Positions 38,531-51,919 of a DNA stretch of 64,000 nt are shown piece after piece. The notes beneath the pieces were generated by a model that searched no databases, was not told where the DNA came from, and worked only from the letters and a program-made list of their open reading frames with translations. The stretch's first letter is position 1; the number at the start of each line of letters is the position of its first letter. The translations under genes were made by a program, and so were the position numbers. Origin of the DNA: the human T2T-CHM13v2.0 reference genome, Homo sapiens; NCBI RefSeq assembly GCF_009914755.1, contig NC_060945.1. One strand, written 5' to 3'.

Positions 38531-41035
38531 AACTCCAGAAGTTTGCATGAGTCTGTCCATTCAGTTCCAGTTTCCACCCTAGGTAATAAGAATGCAGTCT
38601 AGAAGAAAATGTAGAATGAAAGTCAAAGGAACCAAAGGAACAGAGAGAGGATCCAAGAGCCTAACAGAAACAGAAAGTAAGAGAGAAGGGAAAACACGTA
38701 ACCAAAAACATATATAATGAAGCCCCCGCCGCCAACACCCCCGCCACCTGACAAAAGGAGAGGAATTAACAGCATATAGGACTCAGCAGGGTTGAGAGAA
38801 GCAAGTGTAGCAACTGCCTGGCCTGTGATTTCTGGATGGCTAGAAGGTACACAGTTATTCTAGCTTGGGGCCCACAGAGATAAGGCAAAGGCCAGTAGAG
38901 AAAAAAAGATACCAGCTGTGTGGAGATGGAAAGGAATCTTCCACCCCACGGAGTGAAGTCTTAAACCATGCATGAGAAGGCTGGATATAGAAGCTGGAAC
39001 ACCACATTTGTACCCTCTTTTGCCCATTCTTGGATAGAAATGAAAATATCAGTGATTGGCCCTGAAATGCAAAGGTTTTGTAAAAAGGATGGTGTCCAGG
39101 GACTCTCAGTGCACAGTTAAAGGCTTCTTGTTTAATGGCTGACATGTAAGATGTCTAATATTTTCCGCTCACTTAACCTCTTATTCTGAGAATGGACCGA
39201 TTGTCCAAGATTGCAGACATGCTCAGGAGTGCTGGCAAAGGGCTAAAATGTCTTCTGTAAGACTCCATGGAACTATTTCCCAGGAGAATTCATGAAAAAT
39301 GTTACAGATGATGTGTTACACCTCGAATGAATCTCTTTGTCCCACAAGTGTGTTTCTCCACTGCTTTGGAGAATCTCCCAGATAGAGAGAAAATGGGAAT
39401 TAATTTATTCCAAGAGACCCTATTGTTTAATGACACATACAGTAAGAGATCCAGAATCACAATCACCCAAACCACGCAAGCAATGGCAAGTGCTCTAAAG
39501 AAAGATGGGGACATCCAAATGGTAGGTAAAGCTTTTCAGCAAAGACACTGGAGAAGGGAATCCAATGAACTAAAACTCTGCAATGTTAACTGAGGGTTTC
39601 CCCTTGCATTTCCGAGAACGATGGAAATTCTCCCTGCCTTCCCCAACTCAGAGTCAGTAATATGCAGTCATTGAGTCAGGGAAGGTACATTACAGTAGGA
39701 AAATGAGAAAAAAAAAGACTTGAATGAAACTTTGAATATGGCTTTCCTTGTTCAGAATCACAGTCTTCATCTTTCCAGAGACTAAGATTTTAAGCTTGAA
39801 TCGCCCACGTTCTAAATCCTTCAGGAAATAAAGCCCAGTTTGTTTATTTCTCAGGGTCCCAGGCAGAGAAATCAAGTGAATCCTGCTTCTCAGTTCTTAG
39901 CTGTTTATTGCTAGCATCAGCCTGTGCAAAACTCCTCTCTGGTTTTATTTTTTCCCCTTTGATCTGTAATCCCCACTCCATTCCCTAGAGCCCTGCAGGT
40001 AACCCACTCTGGAGGGTCTGTTTATCCCTAAATATGCATATGTCCTTGTAAAATATCCAGAGCCATTATGTGTATGTTTAACTAATTAATCATAAATTAT
40101 TAATAATAATCTATCCACATTGCCATGTTTACATCTATATTGTGGCTGCTCTCTGCAACCATACACACACAAAAATAAACCCTCAGGGCATCAGATTTAT
40201 ACAACAAACAAGATTGGGGATAAAAATGAATTATGAGCTATGAGCCAGATTGTCTTGTCCCAGATAGGACATCCCTTCTGTGTGCTGCCAGTGCCGTTCT
40301 CTGTTCTGGGAGAAGGGAACACAAGAATCCAAGGGGAAGAAAACAGTTAAGACATCAATGAGAGTCCTGAGAGAGAAGATCCTTGCCCTGTCTCCAAGAC
40401 CAAGACCGGGGGTTCACAAGAGAATTCCAGGTAGGTCCAGAGAATGAGAGGTCCTTTTCCATGTATGAAGTTTGTGAACAAGGAGCAAGACCTCAAAGTT
40501 TTCTCATGCCTCACTCAGTATAGCAATGGGAGGAATGTCTGCATGTGATGCCTTGGGCCCCCTGAGCCCCAATGTCCATGCAGGATGCAGCCTGCTGCGA
40601 CTTTGCCTTCACTGGGTCAGCCTTGCAGGTTGGGTGGGGCAGGCAGATGTAGCATCAAACACCTGACAATGACCCTGGCCCAGCAGCTTCGTGCCTATGG
40701 TGTCTTGGCTCTCTGTAGCCCCCAGGATGAGGATGAAGCCACAGGGAAAAAGGGAAAGACCATGAATTCACAGAAATTTAGTTTCTAACATCCACCAGAA
40801 TGGAGAGTCAGTAAAAATTAGGTCATAATAGAAATATGAAAAGATTACATTTTGTGCACAACTGATTTGTTTTGTACCTACTACACACCTCCCTCCTTCC
40901 CCAGGGTCATGGGGCTTTTTGTTTTAATTAGAAAATTAAAAAATATTCTAAATCTGGAATAGTGCAGGTCCTAGAAATTCTGGATACGTGATCTTCTGTA
41001 TACAATAAAATGTAAGTTTAAAGGAAGTAATTCTC

Positions 41036-41700
41036 TTCCTCAAAAAACTAAAGACAGAACTACCATTTCATCCAGCAACCGCACCACTGGGTGTTTATCC
41101 AAAAGACAGGAGATCAGTATATCAGAGATACTTGCACCCCCATGTTTATTGTAGTACTATTTACAATAACCAAAATATGGAATAAACTTAAATGTTCGTC
41201 GACAGATTAATGGATAAGTGTGGTATACACACAATGGAATATTATTCCCCCATAAAAAAGAATGAAATTCTGTCATTTGCAGCAACATAGATGGAACTGG
41301 AGGTCATTATATTAAGTGAAGCAAGCCAGGCACAAAAGACAAATGTCACATGTTCTCACTCACGGAATTCACAAAGGTAGAGAGTACAATGGTGGTAACC
41401 AGAGGCTGGGAAGGGAAGAGGGGAAAGGGAGATGAAGAGAAGGTGGTTAAAGGGCACAAAAACTCAGAAGAAATAACTTCTAGTATTTGGAAGTACCGTA
41501 GGAAAATTATAGTTAATAATTTATTGAATGTTTCAAAATAGAAGAGAAGAATTATAATGTTCCCAAAACAAAGAAAAGATAAATGTTTGAGGCGATGGAT
41601 GTCCCAGTTACCCTGATTTGGTCATTACACGTTGTATACAGGTATCAAAATATTACATGTACCCCAAAATTTATACAACGCTTATATATCAATAAATTAA
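41036..41700 (+). mobile_element. L1MA-like 3' fragment
   Basis: ttcctcaaaaaactaaagacagaactacc ... gaaattctgtcatttgcagcaaca ... tacatgtaccccaaaat. Confidence 0.9.
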
Positions 41701-41729
41701 ATTAAGTTAAATAAACAGGAAGCACCAGG

Positions 41730-43270
41730 AGGAACTCCTGATGCATTTTATGCTTAAAACAAAAAATCCTAGGTCTTTCCATAGATAAATCTAAGAATGA
41801 TGATAAATATGGTGGAAACAGGGTCTCTTGGTGCTCCAAATATCGTTTCCCAAAACAAAGGAACAGGACATCCCAGAGTAATGGCTGACTCCGGGCCTGA
41901 AACAGGGTATGTAGAAGAGGGCCCTTCAATGCACCGTCACACTGGAAAGCAAGGAAGCCATCAAAGACAGCCAGAGTGCTTCAAAGGACTCAGAAATCAA
42001 CTTATGAGGCCCCACTGGTCAAGGATGGCACAAGGTGAGCATGAGTAAGGACACTAACTGTAACAGATGGAAACATACCAAATAGATTTCATCCAAAATT
42101 TCATAAGAACACTGTAAAATCACTGACTGCCTTTGGAGAAGACTAGTAAACCAATTTGTTATTTTGAGAACTGATGAGTAAAGAGAGTGTCAAGCACATA
42201 CCCTGCCTTTCCTACACAAAGAGAAAAACCAGACATTACGTCCCCCACAGAAGAACCAACCCCACCTGTAAAATAACCTTGCTGAAAAGTGTGAACCTTA
42301 GTCCATTTAAGCATTTGGATCTAATACCAGCTCATAGGAAATCCAGGTAACAGAAGAACATGTTAAATGACACCACAGGTGTCTACATCTGGGGAAGCAT
42401 CAGCAAAATACAAACTAGGGGGAGGCCTGAAGGTTAAAAGGTAAAGAGCAAGGGAAAATATAGATTAAAAAAGACATAAGAGGCATGTTAGCAAATCACA
42501 CTATATGGGTCTTAGTTGATACTTTTTCAAATAAATAAAAGGTTAAAAATTACAGTACAATCAAGGAAATGTAAACACTCGCTGGATACTTAGTGATGTT
42601 GAGGGAATATTAAAGTGAGATAATATTGTGTTTTTATTTAAAATGGGGAGCCTATGTCTTTAGAAATATGTTTAGATAAAATAATATGATGCTTGGGATT
42701 TGCCTCAAAATAACCTGGAGGGGAGGTGCTATGTGTTGCTTCTGTGTTGCTGCTCAAATCTCATGTCAAATTGTAACCCCCAGTGTTGGAAATGGGGCCC
42801 GGTGGGAGGAGATTGGATCATGGGGACAGATTTTCCCCTTGGTACTGTCCTTGAGATAGTGAGTTCTCATGAGATCTGGTTATTTAAAAGTGTGTGGTAC
42901 CTGCCCCACTTCCCTTCTTCCTTCTGCTCTGGCCATGTGAGATATCTCACTCCCCCTTTGCCTTCTGCCACGATTGGAAGCTTCCAGAGGCCCCTCCAGA
43001 AGCAGAAGTTGCTATGCTTCCTGTACAACCTGCAGAACCGTGAGTCAATTAAACTTCTTGTGTTTATAAATTACCCAGTCTCAGGAGTACTACCTGAGAC
43101 CTGTATAAATTACCTAATACAGGAGGTACTGGAGGTACAGAGAATATGAGATTGTCCACAAGTTGATTGTTGTTAAAGCAAATTGTTGGAAACATGGGAG
43201 TTCATTATACTCTACTGTTGCACATAAGTATTTGAATTTTCCCATAATAAAAAGTTTGTGCAAAAAAAGA
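41730..43270 (+). mobile_element. Old L1 (L1MC-like) 3'UTR remnant, interrupted by an MST LTR
   Basis: cactggaaagcaaggaagccatcaaagac, gatgcttgggatttgcctcaaaataa, gttcattatactctact..tttcccataataaaaag. Confidence 0.65.
42727..43121 (+). mobile_element. MaLR solo LTR, MSTB/MSTA-like
   Basis: caaatctcatgtcaaattgtaacccccagtgttgga ... ctaataca; TSD GGAGG (42722-42726 / 43122-43126). Confidence 0.9.
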
Positions 43271-43351
43271 TTTTTTAGTATGGGAAGTCGTTTTTCAAGT
43301 TACAAGATAATCACTCTCGATAATCACTCTTAATCTCCTGAGTGAAGAAGC

Positions 43352-43813
43352 TATATTAGTTAGGGTTCTCCAAAGAAAGAGAAGCAGTAGAAATATGAGT
43401 TATACAAGAGGGATTTATTATAGGAATCAGCTCATGTGATTATGGAGACCAAGAAGTCCACCACCTGCTGTCTGCAAGCTGGCCACTCAGGAAATCCAGT
43501 GGTACAAATCAATCTGAATCCAAAGCCTGAGAATCAGGAGTCCTGATGTCCAAAGGCAGGAGAAGATTGGATGTTCCAGCTCAAAAAGAAAGAGTGAATT
43601 CACCCTTCCTCTACCTTTTCATAATATTTGAGCCCTCAACAGGTTGATAATCCCCACCTGTATCAATGACAACAATCTTCTTTACCCTGTCTACTAATTC
43701 AAATACTGATCTCTTCCAGAACACCCTCATAGATACACTCGGAAATAATTTTTTATCAGCTATCTGGGTATCCCTTAACCCAGTCAAGTTGACATATAAA
43801 ATTAACCATCACA
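43352..43813 (-). mobile_element. ERVL solo LTR, MLT2-family
   Basis: tattagttagggttctcca ... gtcaagttgacatataaaattaaccatcaca; TSD GAAGC (43347-43351 / 43814-43818). Confidence 0.9.
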
Positions 43814-46237
43814 GAAGCCTAATGAAAACACGACGGAGACACATCCTTGGTTGTTCTGTGTGTTCTATAACCAAGGCTGTTTGGGGGGTCTGAGGCAGGA
43901 ACCCCACTTCAAAGCTTTGCTGTCAGAACTTCAAGAGCCAGACACATCCAAAAGTCAGCTCTGACTACCAACCATCTTCCATGACAGCCAGGGTCAGATT
44001 CAGCAAGGATGACAGTCCAGGGAGGTTGTTCCTTATAGTAACAATTTTTTTTTGTTAAGAAACTACAATATATATAGTCTGCTCATTCATATATATAAAT
44101 ATTATTTATCAAAATAGTAATATTTTATTAAGTTTTAAAAATTAAAACTCTGATCTCTGAATGAAATGTAAATTCCTAGGTCTAATACATAAGGACTGCA
44201 GAATAAAGTATAGTGGAACTTCTTTTTTAATCCAAAAGAAAACTATTAAGAAGTAAATATCAACTAAAAGGAGAAAAGAATAAGTCCTAAGTTAATGGAT
44301 AGAATTTATATTTTCTTCAACCATATAATCAGGGTATAAAAAGATTGATGAGCAGCTTAACGTCTATTGAGAAGAAAAATAATTGGAAAGTTCTTGAGTT
44401 ATACATATGTTTGCTCTTCCATTCTCAACTTTCACTGGCTTTTTACCAAATTCCAGTGAACCATACCTTGGTAGCATCTCCTTAAATTAGTGAAAAGAAA
44501 TATAAGACAGACTATTTGAAAATTAAAATAAATAAGAGCAAAGTCTCTCCTATGCATTTGGTGAGTAGGTTTACGGAATTCAGTATTCCCAGGAGGAAGG
44601 AGAGCTGTGAGGCCATTAGCAGATGACAGAATCATAAAGAATTATTGAGAAAGATTTTGGCTGGGCCAGTCTTTGTCCTGAGTTTGATATCATAGCCTCC
44701 AAGAAAAATGACCTTAGACTTCACCCACAGTAACAACCTGACTATGACTTCTTCTGAGAGAGTTGGTTCTAAAGAAAGATCAAGTGCTAAATAAAGATCT
44801 CATTATAGATCGTTATAGATCATTCCATCACAGTTAGAGTCACCTTCCATCCATCCTGTCAGAAAAGATATTTCTGGAGCATCACAGATCACATTAACAT
44901 GGCCAGATAAGAATACGATCCCAAGAGATTCCTCCTAACCACTCCCACCAATAACCAGTCTAATATGCTTTCCCTAAAGGGTCTTCCAACCAGGAGGTCA
45001 CATGCTCCAGAAGCAGCCCATCCTGCCCATTGCAGCTTCTGCAGCTCCCTGTTTCTGTTCTATTTCCAATCATTGCACTGGACACATGAGCCCTTCTGTA
45101 GACCATCAGAGAGAGCTCCTCAACCCCTTCTCCCAGGTGTCATTTACATCAGGCAAGAAGGCATGGCAAATGGGTCATTCACATCTAAGTCCGCAACAAA
45201 AAGCAGGGGTTGTCAATGGCATTTGTACATAGAAAGTCCCCAGTATTCGACTTGCTTTTTCAATAACTATTACCCAAATATGTACTCAAACCGTGGGACA
45301 CTGGCTGATGTCAAAATTCTTTCTGAATGACTATGAAGTCTGCCCATATAGTTTATACCCATATAATAGTGAAGGCTGACTCTCCACATTTTCTGTGAAA
45401 TTAACAACTTTGAGAACTTGCAATCTACCAGCATTCCCAGCAGCTAACTGTAGGTAATAGATAGGATGTCTTACTTATTTAGTAGTCTTTATTCTAGCCA
45501 CCAAACCTCTTTTAAAAAAAGAAATGCTTCTAAAACTAATATTTACTTGTTCCTCCAGAAATACTTTAATTGGCTTTGTGAAATCAATGGTTCCCTTGAT
45601 AATTGATAAAAGAGTGTCTCTTTTCCCTGTCCTGGCAATATCTTGCTTTAAATAACAGGACAGATCATTCTTTCACAAATATGAAAAACAGATTTTCGGA
45701 AACAAGCTTATTTTATTAAGCCATGTTATTTAATTTTACCTGACATTTGCAAGTCATTTTTGCTAGTAAGCACTCTACATTAATACCTTGAGTTCACATA
45801 GAGTTTAACAATATGAATTTCCTATCAGAGAAAAGTACAATATATGTTTGGCAGAAGCCAAAGTCATGAAGAATTAACAGTTATCAAATCCCAAAGGGGA
45901 AACAAATTCTCTTTGCTCCTCTCTTGCCAGCTGTCATGAATCCAATTTGCACTTTCAAAATTCTGCCTGTTACCCAGATTCGGGAATGAGAGGACTAGTA
46001 ACTTAGCATACTCGTGCCCAACCATACCAAATCCAAACATTTACACACAACCCAATTGTCAACAAGGTAGAAAAAGGGTATCAGCTTAAATGATTGTTAT
46101 ATCAAACATACCTAGAATGTACCACAGAGTAAGTTATTTTCATATGCTTAAGTAGATGTGACAAATACCAATCTCAAATTATAAATTAAATGGATTCCTG
46201 AAAAATTGTACTACATGAAAATCTACTTTCCCATTGA

Positions 46238-46599
<362 letters not shown>

Positions 46600-47610
46600 G
46601 TTGACATATATTTTTAAATACATAAAACAAGATTCAAAGTTTTAAAATGCAGGAATCGAGCAGTAATACAAACAGCAAATATCAAACAATCATAGAGTTT
46701 AAGGAAGAGTGTTCTTTCTTATAAGCATAACTCATGTGAAAATACACTTTGTGTGGGCCTTCAAATCTCCACAACTTTTCTGGGCCTTCAGAAACACTGT
46801 TTCATCTGCATAGAGCCATGTCCACCTGGGAAATTCCTACTCAACCATAAAGGCACAATCCAAATATCACTGCCTCTACAGATCCAGGTTTTCCTGCCCT
46901 GTGATCCCTTAAGAAAAAAATGTCAACACCTTTCCATGAACCCCAAGGCAGAATGAGGGCTTTCCTTTCTCTCCTGGCCCCTGAGAATTCCTCCTTGGTA
47001 GCCCTGAGCACAAGCACAGGTTGTTGTCATCATTGTTGAACGCTGTTATCTTTCAGGACCATGGACCATGTATACCCTTCGGGAGGAGATATATAATGCA
47101 CTTTGGGGCTCAGTGCCTACATCCGTGCCTGGCATCTCACTGGTGCTAAGAAAACACTTATAAAATGAGTGACCAAAGAAAATGAAGAAATTAAATGTTA
47201 AATGGTATCTTGAATTCTTAAAAGCTTATCATAGATACCCCATAAATTGGCCTCAATGGCCAATTCAGAAACATTTCCAGTTAGCAGGTTCCTTAGATCT
47301 CCTAGCATCAATACAGGGGTGTATTTTTAGTTTGGTTGCTCTTAGTAAACCCTGAGCTCTCTGATTTCAGAAAGGATCCACAGACCTTCAAGACCCTGAG
47401 GTGCTCATCAGTTTACATCAGGGTGACTCAACAAGAAGCTAGAGCCCAGGGACACCCCACTTAAGAATATCTTAATTGGCAGGCTTTTTAAACTGCTCTC
47501 AGCTGATTAATGAGTACTACCAGAGGGATTATGTAATTTACAGAGCAGGAACAGCTCTGGAACTGAAGGTTGCCAATTAAAGGTATGTGCAACATCCCAA
47601 CAGCAAATTC

Positions 47611-47857
47611 AGCCAGGCATGTTGGCTCATGCCTGTAATCCCAGCACTTTGGGAAGCCCAGGCTGAAGGATTGCTTCAGCCCAGGAGTTCAAGACCAGCC
47701 TGTATAACACAGGCAAACCCCCCATCTCTACAAAAAATATTTAAAAAACACAAGCCAGGCACGGTGGCACGTGCCTGTAGTGCCAGCTACTTGGGAGAAT
47801 CTCTTGAGCCAAAGAGGTCAAGGCTGCAGTGAGCTGTGATTGTGCCAATGCACTCCA
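47611..47857 (+). mobile_element. AluJ-like, 3'-truncated, no polyA tail
   Basis: Ends at gcactcca; flanked by the direct repeat ccaacagcaaattc (47597-47610 / 47855-47868). Confidence 0.9.
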
Positions 47858-48959
47858 ACAGCAAATTCTAAAGAAATGCAAAGAAGACTGCATATCAAGG
47901 GCCAACACATCCTCCCAAGCAGGCCATGTGGTGCCCATGTCACATGCTCATGCTGGTAGGAGCTCTCCCGTGCAGTCTTTAGAGAGCTGTTTAGACAGAC
48001 GGCAGAGCATGCACCAGCTTTAGAGTCTCCCTGATAAAGAGCTTAGGGCTAATGTCTACAGGACTGACATAGTTCTTAAGCTCCACAACTCTCAAGAAAC
48101 ACAAGAAACCTAAGGATATCAAAGGGCTGATGGGTGTTGCAAGGCAAAGCAGTGAGTCAGAGGTGGTGGGCAAAACCAGCCAAAGGAAAATGACCCACAA
48201 TGCTTTTCTGTAGGCTTATTTAATGAAAAATTAAAATCCACTTTAAGCTACACTGAGTATTGATGGAATTGCAACCAACATGACAGTAGAGGTTCAATGT
48301 TTTCAATAGGTGAAGACAAGATAAGGCCATACTGGAAATAAATTACCAGTAGGCCTCACAAGGGGGTGGGAAATTGGAAAATTCTCTAATGAATATTAGA
48401 TGGCAGACAGAGAAGGTATTTTTCCTTTTGCATATTTTAGTTTGCAAATTATGAACCTAAACGCTTGATAACCTAGAGTCCATATTCTGCCTGTCAACCT
48501 TCAGCCTACAAAAGGGCTTTTATATTATCCAACATTCTGGAATCTGCTTAATGCAACCACCATAGCTTGTAGCGGATGAAGTAACAGATTGGCTTGAACT
48601 GAAGCAACCTCAGGAAGGTATAATGTAAGACAGGCACATGGGGTAGTCAGCTGCTAAAAGCTCTTGATGTCAGTGGGTGCCCTTGTATATGAAGGTTTTT
48701 AAGCCCTTCCTGGACAGTCAAGTATGCAACTAAAGCACAACATTTTTCTTGTACCCTTTGAATAACTATGTGGCAAAACTTGTTTACAGAATTTATTCCA
48801 ATATATCTTAAGAATTCCTAATTCAGCTGAATTAACAATTTAACTGCTCTTTCTTCTTTCTGCTTCTATAGTCATATTTTGCTACCAATCTGTTTTCATT
48901 TATTCAAATTGCTATACAGCTCTGCAGTGTTCACCATTACCAAGAATTATTGCCACTTT

Positions 48960-49259
48960 ATTTATTTATTTATTGAGATGAAGTCCTGCTCTGTCACCCA
49001 GGCTGGAGTGCAGTGGCATGATCTCGACTCACTGCAATCTCCGCCCACCGGGTTCAAGCGATTTTCTCTTGCCTCAGCCTCCCCAGTAGCTGGGATTACA
49101 GACACACACTACCATGCCCAGCTAATTCTTTTGTATTTTAGTAGAGACGGGGTTTTACCATGTTGGCCAGGCTGATCTTCAACTCCCAACCTCAGGTGAT
49201 CCACCCGCCTCAGCCTCCCAAAGTGCTGGGACTACAGGCATGACCCACTGCACCTAGCC
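48960..49259 (-). mobile_element. Alu (AluSx-like), full length
   Basis: TSD tattgccacttt (48948-48959 / 49260-49271). Confidence 0.95.
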
Positions 49260-49499
49260 TATTGCCACTTTCTAATAGCAAGGTCCAGATTTTGAAAATC
49301 TGAAGTTTATGGTACCTGTGGAAACACTCAGCAAAGTAGGTACCAAAGAGATGTTTACAGCTGCTTTTATTAATTTTCTTTATTCTATGGTTTCAGCCAA
49401 TGCACAGAACTAAAAGCTGATATATAAGCTACTAGGTTTTGAATCTGTAATTTCCAATTATTGTTAACAAACTGTCCCAGAGAAAATTATGAAGACAGA

Positions 49500-49889
49500 G
49501 GTATTAGTCCGTTTTCATGTTGCTAGAAAGAACTGCCCAAGGCTGGGTAATTTATAAAGGAAGGAGGTTTAATCAACTCACAGTTCAGCATGGCTAGGGA
49601 GGCCTCAGGAAACTTACAATCATGGTGGAAGGGAAGGGGAAGCAAGGCATCTTCTTCATAATGCAGCAGGAAGGAGAAGTGCCGAGCGAAGGACGGGTGG
49701 GGGGTGGGGGGGAAGAGTCCTTATAAAACCATTAGATCTCGTGAGAACTCACTCATTATCCTGAGAATAGCAGAGGGGAAACCTCCCTCATGATTCAATT
49801 ACCTCCACCTGGGCCCCCCCCTTGACACGTGGGGATTATGGGGATTAAAAAATGAGATTTTGGTGGGGACAAAAAGCCTAACCATATCA
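49500..49889 (-). mobile_element. MaLR solo LTR, THE1D-like
   Basis: gtattagtccgttttcatgttgct ... aaccatatca; TSD acag(a/t). Confidence 0.9.
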
Positions 49890-50980
49890 ACAGTCTTCTA
49901 CTTTCATACAAAATAAACATCCATCCCTGTGTACATATGTTTGGGATTGCAGAAAGCAAATAAATTTGAGTACAACTTAAATAACATATTTCTCATGACA
50001 GGATTCCCAAATGTATGTAAAATGTCCTTAAATTGACTTCACCTTTACATATATCCTTCAAAAACTTATTTCTAATATTTCAATCATTCCTCTTAATATT
50101 TTGTTTGCTTTTCACACATGAACACACAATTGACAAGATTTAAAGTCATGCATGCCTAAGGGTAACTCACCAAGAAATTTTCCATTTTTCCTCCAATTGT
50201 ATGAATTTTTTAACCTACACTTCTTATCACAGTTATTAGCATTTGAATATTAGCATTTTTCACTTATTTCTATAAATTAAAGCCAAAATTCTAGAAATAA
50301 ACAATTATTCAAACACTGCCTTTCAGTGAAAGGTAGCAAAGTGGCTACAGTTGAAAGTTCTTGTCAAAGGCAACACCGCACACATGGCTCATTCAGCAGC
50401 TGACATCTGAAGTCTGCCTTGAAATCATCAATATCTCCAAGTGTGAGTAAATTTAAATCCAGAGACCCTCTGTACTTCCAGGTGATAGCAGGACAGAGTG
50501 ACCCAAATCACTGGGCCCCTTCTCTCCTGTAGCCACACTGGGACATTCTCAGTTACTCACAAAGACCATGCTGTCTCAAATTCCAGCTTTCACACAAGCA
50601 GCTTCCTCAGCCTAGAACAACCTTTTCCCACCCATCTTCTCCAATTTTCTTCTGGGACATTCCTGCTTGTCAGTTCTCAGCTTAAATGTAGCCTTCCATG
50701 AACCTCTACATCAGACTCTGCATCCTCCAACATTACTCTGCACCTGAGGCTCAGCAACACTCCCAGGCTTGTAATGATGCTTGGCGGCTACCTTCCTGAA
50801 ATGACCAACAGCTCTACATGCACAATCTGGAAACCCCTGTCCTCTGTCCAGCCCATTCCCATTGCCAGGCACATAACACACACCCATCTTTGAAGAAACA
50901 GATTAAATCAAGTTTAATGAAAAGCTCAGTGAACAGAATTTTTTTCTGAATTATTAACTTTCCTTTTGTCATGCTTAAGG

Positions 50981-50993
50981 AGAAGAGAGAGAG

Positions 50994-51028
<35 letters not shown>

Positions 51029-51032
51029 GAGA
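50981..51032. repeat. (GA)n/(GAAA)n compound microsatellite
   Basis: Seen directly. Confidence 0.92.
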
Positions 51033-51451
51033 CATTTGTGTCTGCATCAGGGTGAAGCAATACAACTGGGCCATGGAGGTTATTTACATGGCATTCCAGT
51101 GGGACAAGTCTTCTTTCTTACAGACAGGTTTCCAAGGCCAAGGAAAGCAAACCAAGGCATGCTTTGGCCAAACATCTGCGATATTTTGATCCTCATCCAT
51201 TTCTTCATACCAACAGAGATCTGGCCTCTCTGTGTAGTAGCATCAATGTTCTCTAATATTCTGTGTTGGCCACATGCTCCCCCAAAGCCAAGGAAACAAT
51301 CCTGTCTTCAGCGGGGAGCTGGAGAGTTGATTCAAATGTAAAGCAGAAAGCCCAGGTTCCAAAATGAGAGCCACAGTGAGTCCTGTGATTTTCAGTTTTG
51401 AAGAAAGGGCAGTATAACAAGGATTGATTCTCTGCGATCACCAATGGCCCC

Positions 51452-51827
51452 TGTGTTAGTCTGTTATGCTGCTACAAAGAACTGCCTGAGACTAGGTAAA
51501 TTATAAAGGAAAGAGGTTTAATTGACTCACAGTTCAGGGAGGGGGCTGGGGAGACCGACCGCAGGAAACCTACAATCATGGTGGAAGGGGAAGCAAACAC
51601 ATCCCTCTTCATATGGCAGCAGGAAGGAGACAAATGAGAGCGAAAGAGGGAAAAGCCCCTTATAAAACCATCAGATCTCATGAGAACTCACTATCACAAG
51701 AACAGCATGAGGGTAACTGCCCCCTTGATCCCATTACCTCCCACCAGGGCCCTCCCACAACACATGGGGATTATGGAAACTACAATTCAAGATGAGACTT
51801 GGGTGGAGACACCTCCCAACAATATCA
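51452..51827 (-). mobile_element. MaLR solo LTR, THE1C/D-like
   Basis: tgtgttagtctgtt ... aatatca, 376 bp; TSD GCCCC (51447-51451 / 51828-51832). Confidence 0.9.
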
Positions 51828-51919
51828 GCCCCCTTCTCAGCTCCCAGATACACAAAGCAAACAACCAAAACCACAGGTAAGGAATTCCATATGCTTTATC
51901 TTAAACAATAAAGAAAAAT

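Noticed and set aside
38722-38748. Two GC boxes (cccccgcc)
   Set aside because: No CpG island or other promoter context
42700-43149. 149-aa ORF
   Set aside because: Almost entirely the MST LTR
49286-49302. 8-bp palindrome cagatttt-g-aaaatctg (similar 9-bp stem at ~63300-63320)
   Set aside because: Short and AT-rich; expected by chance
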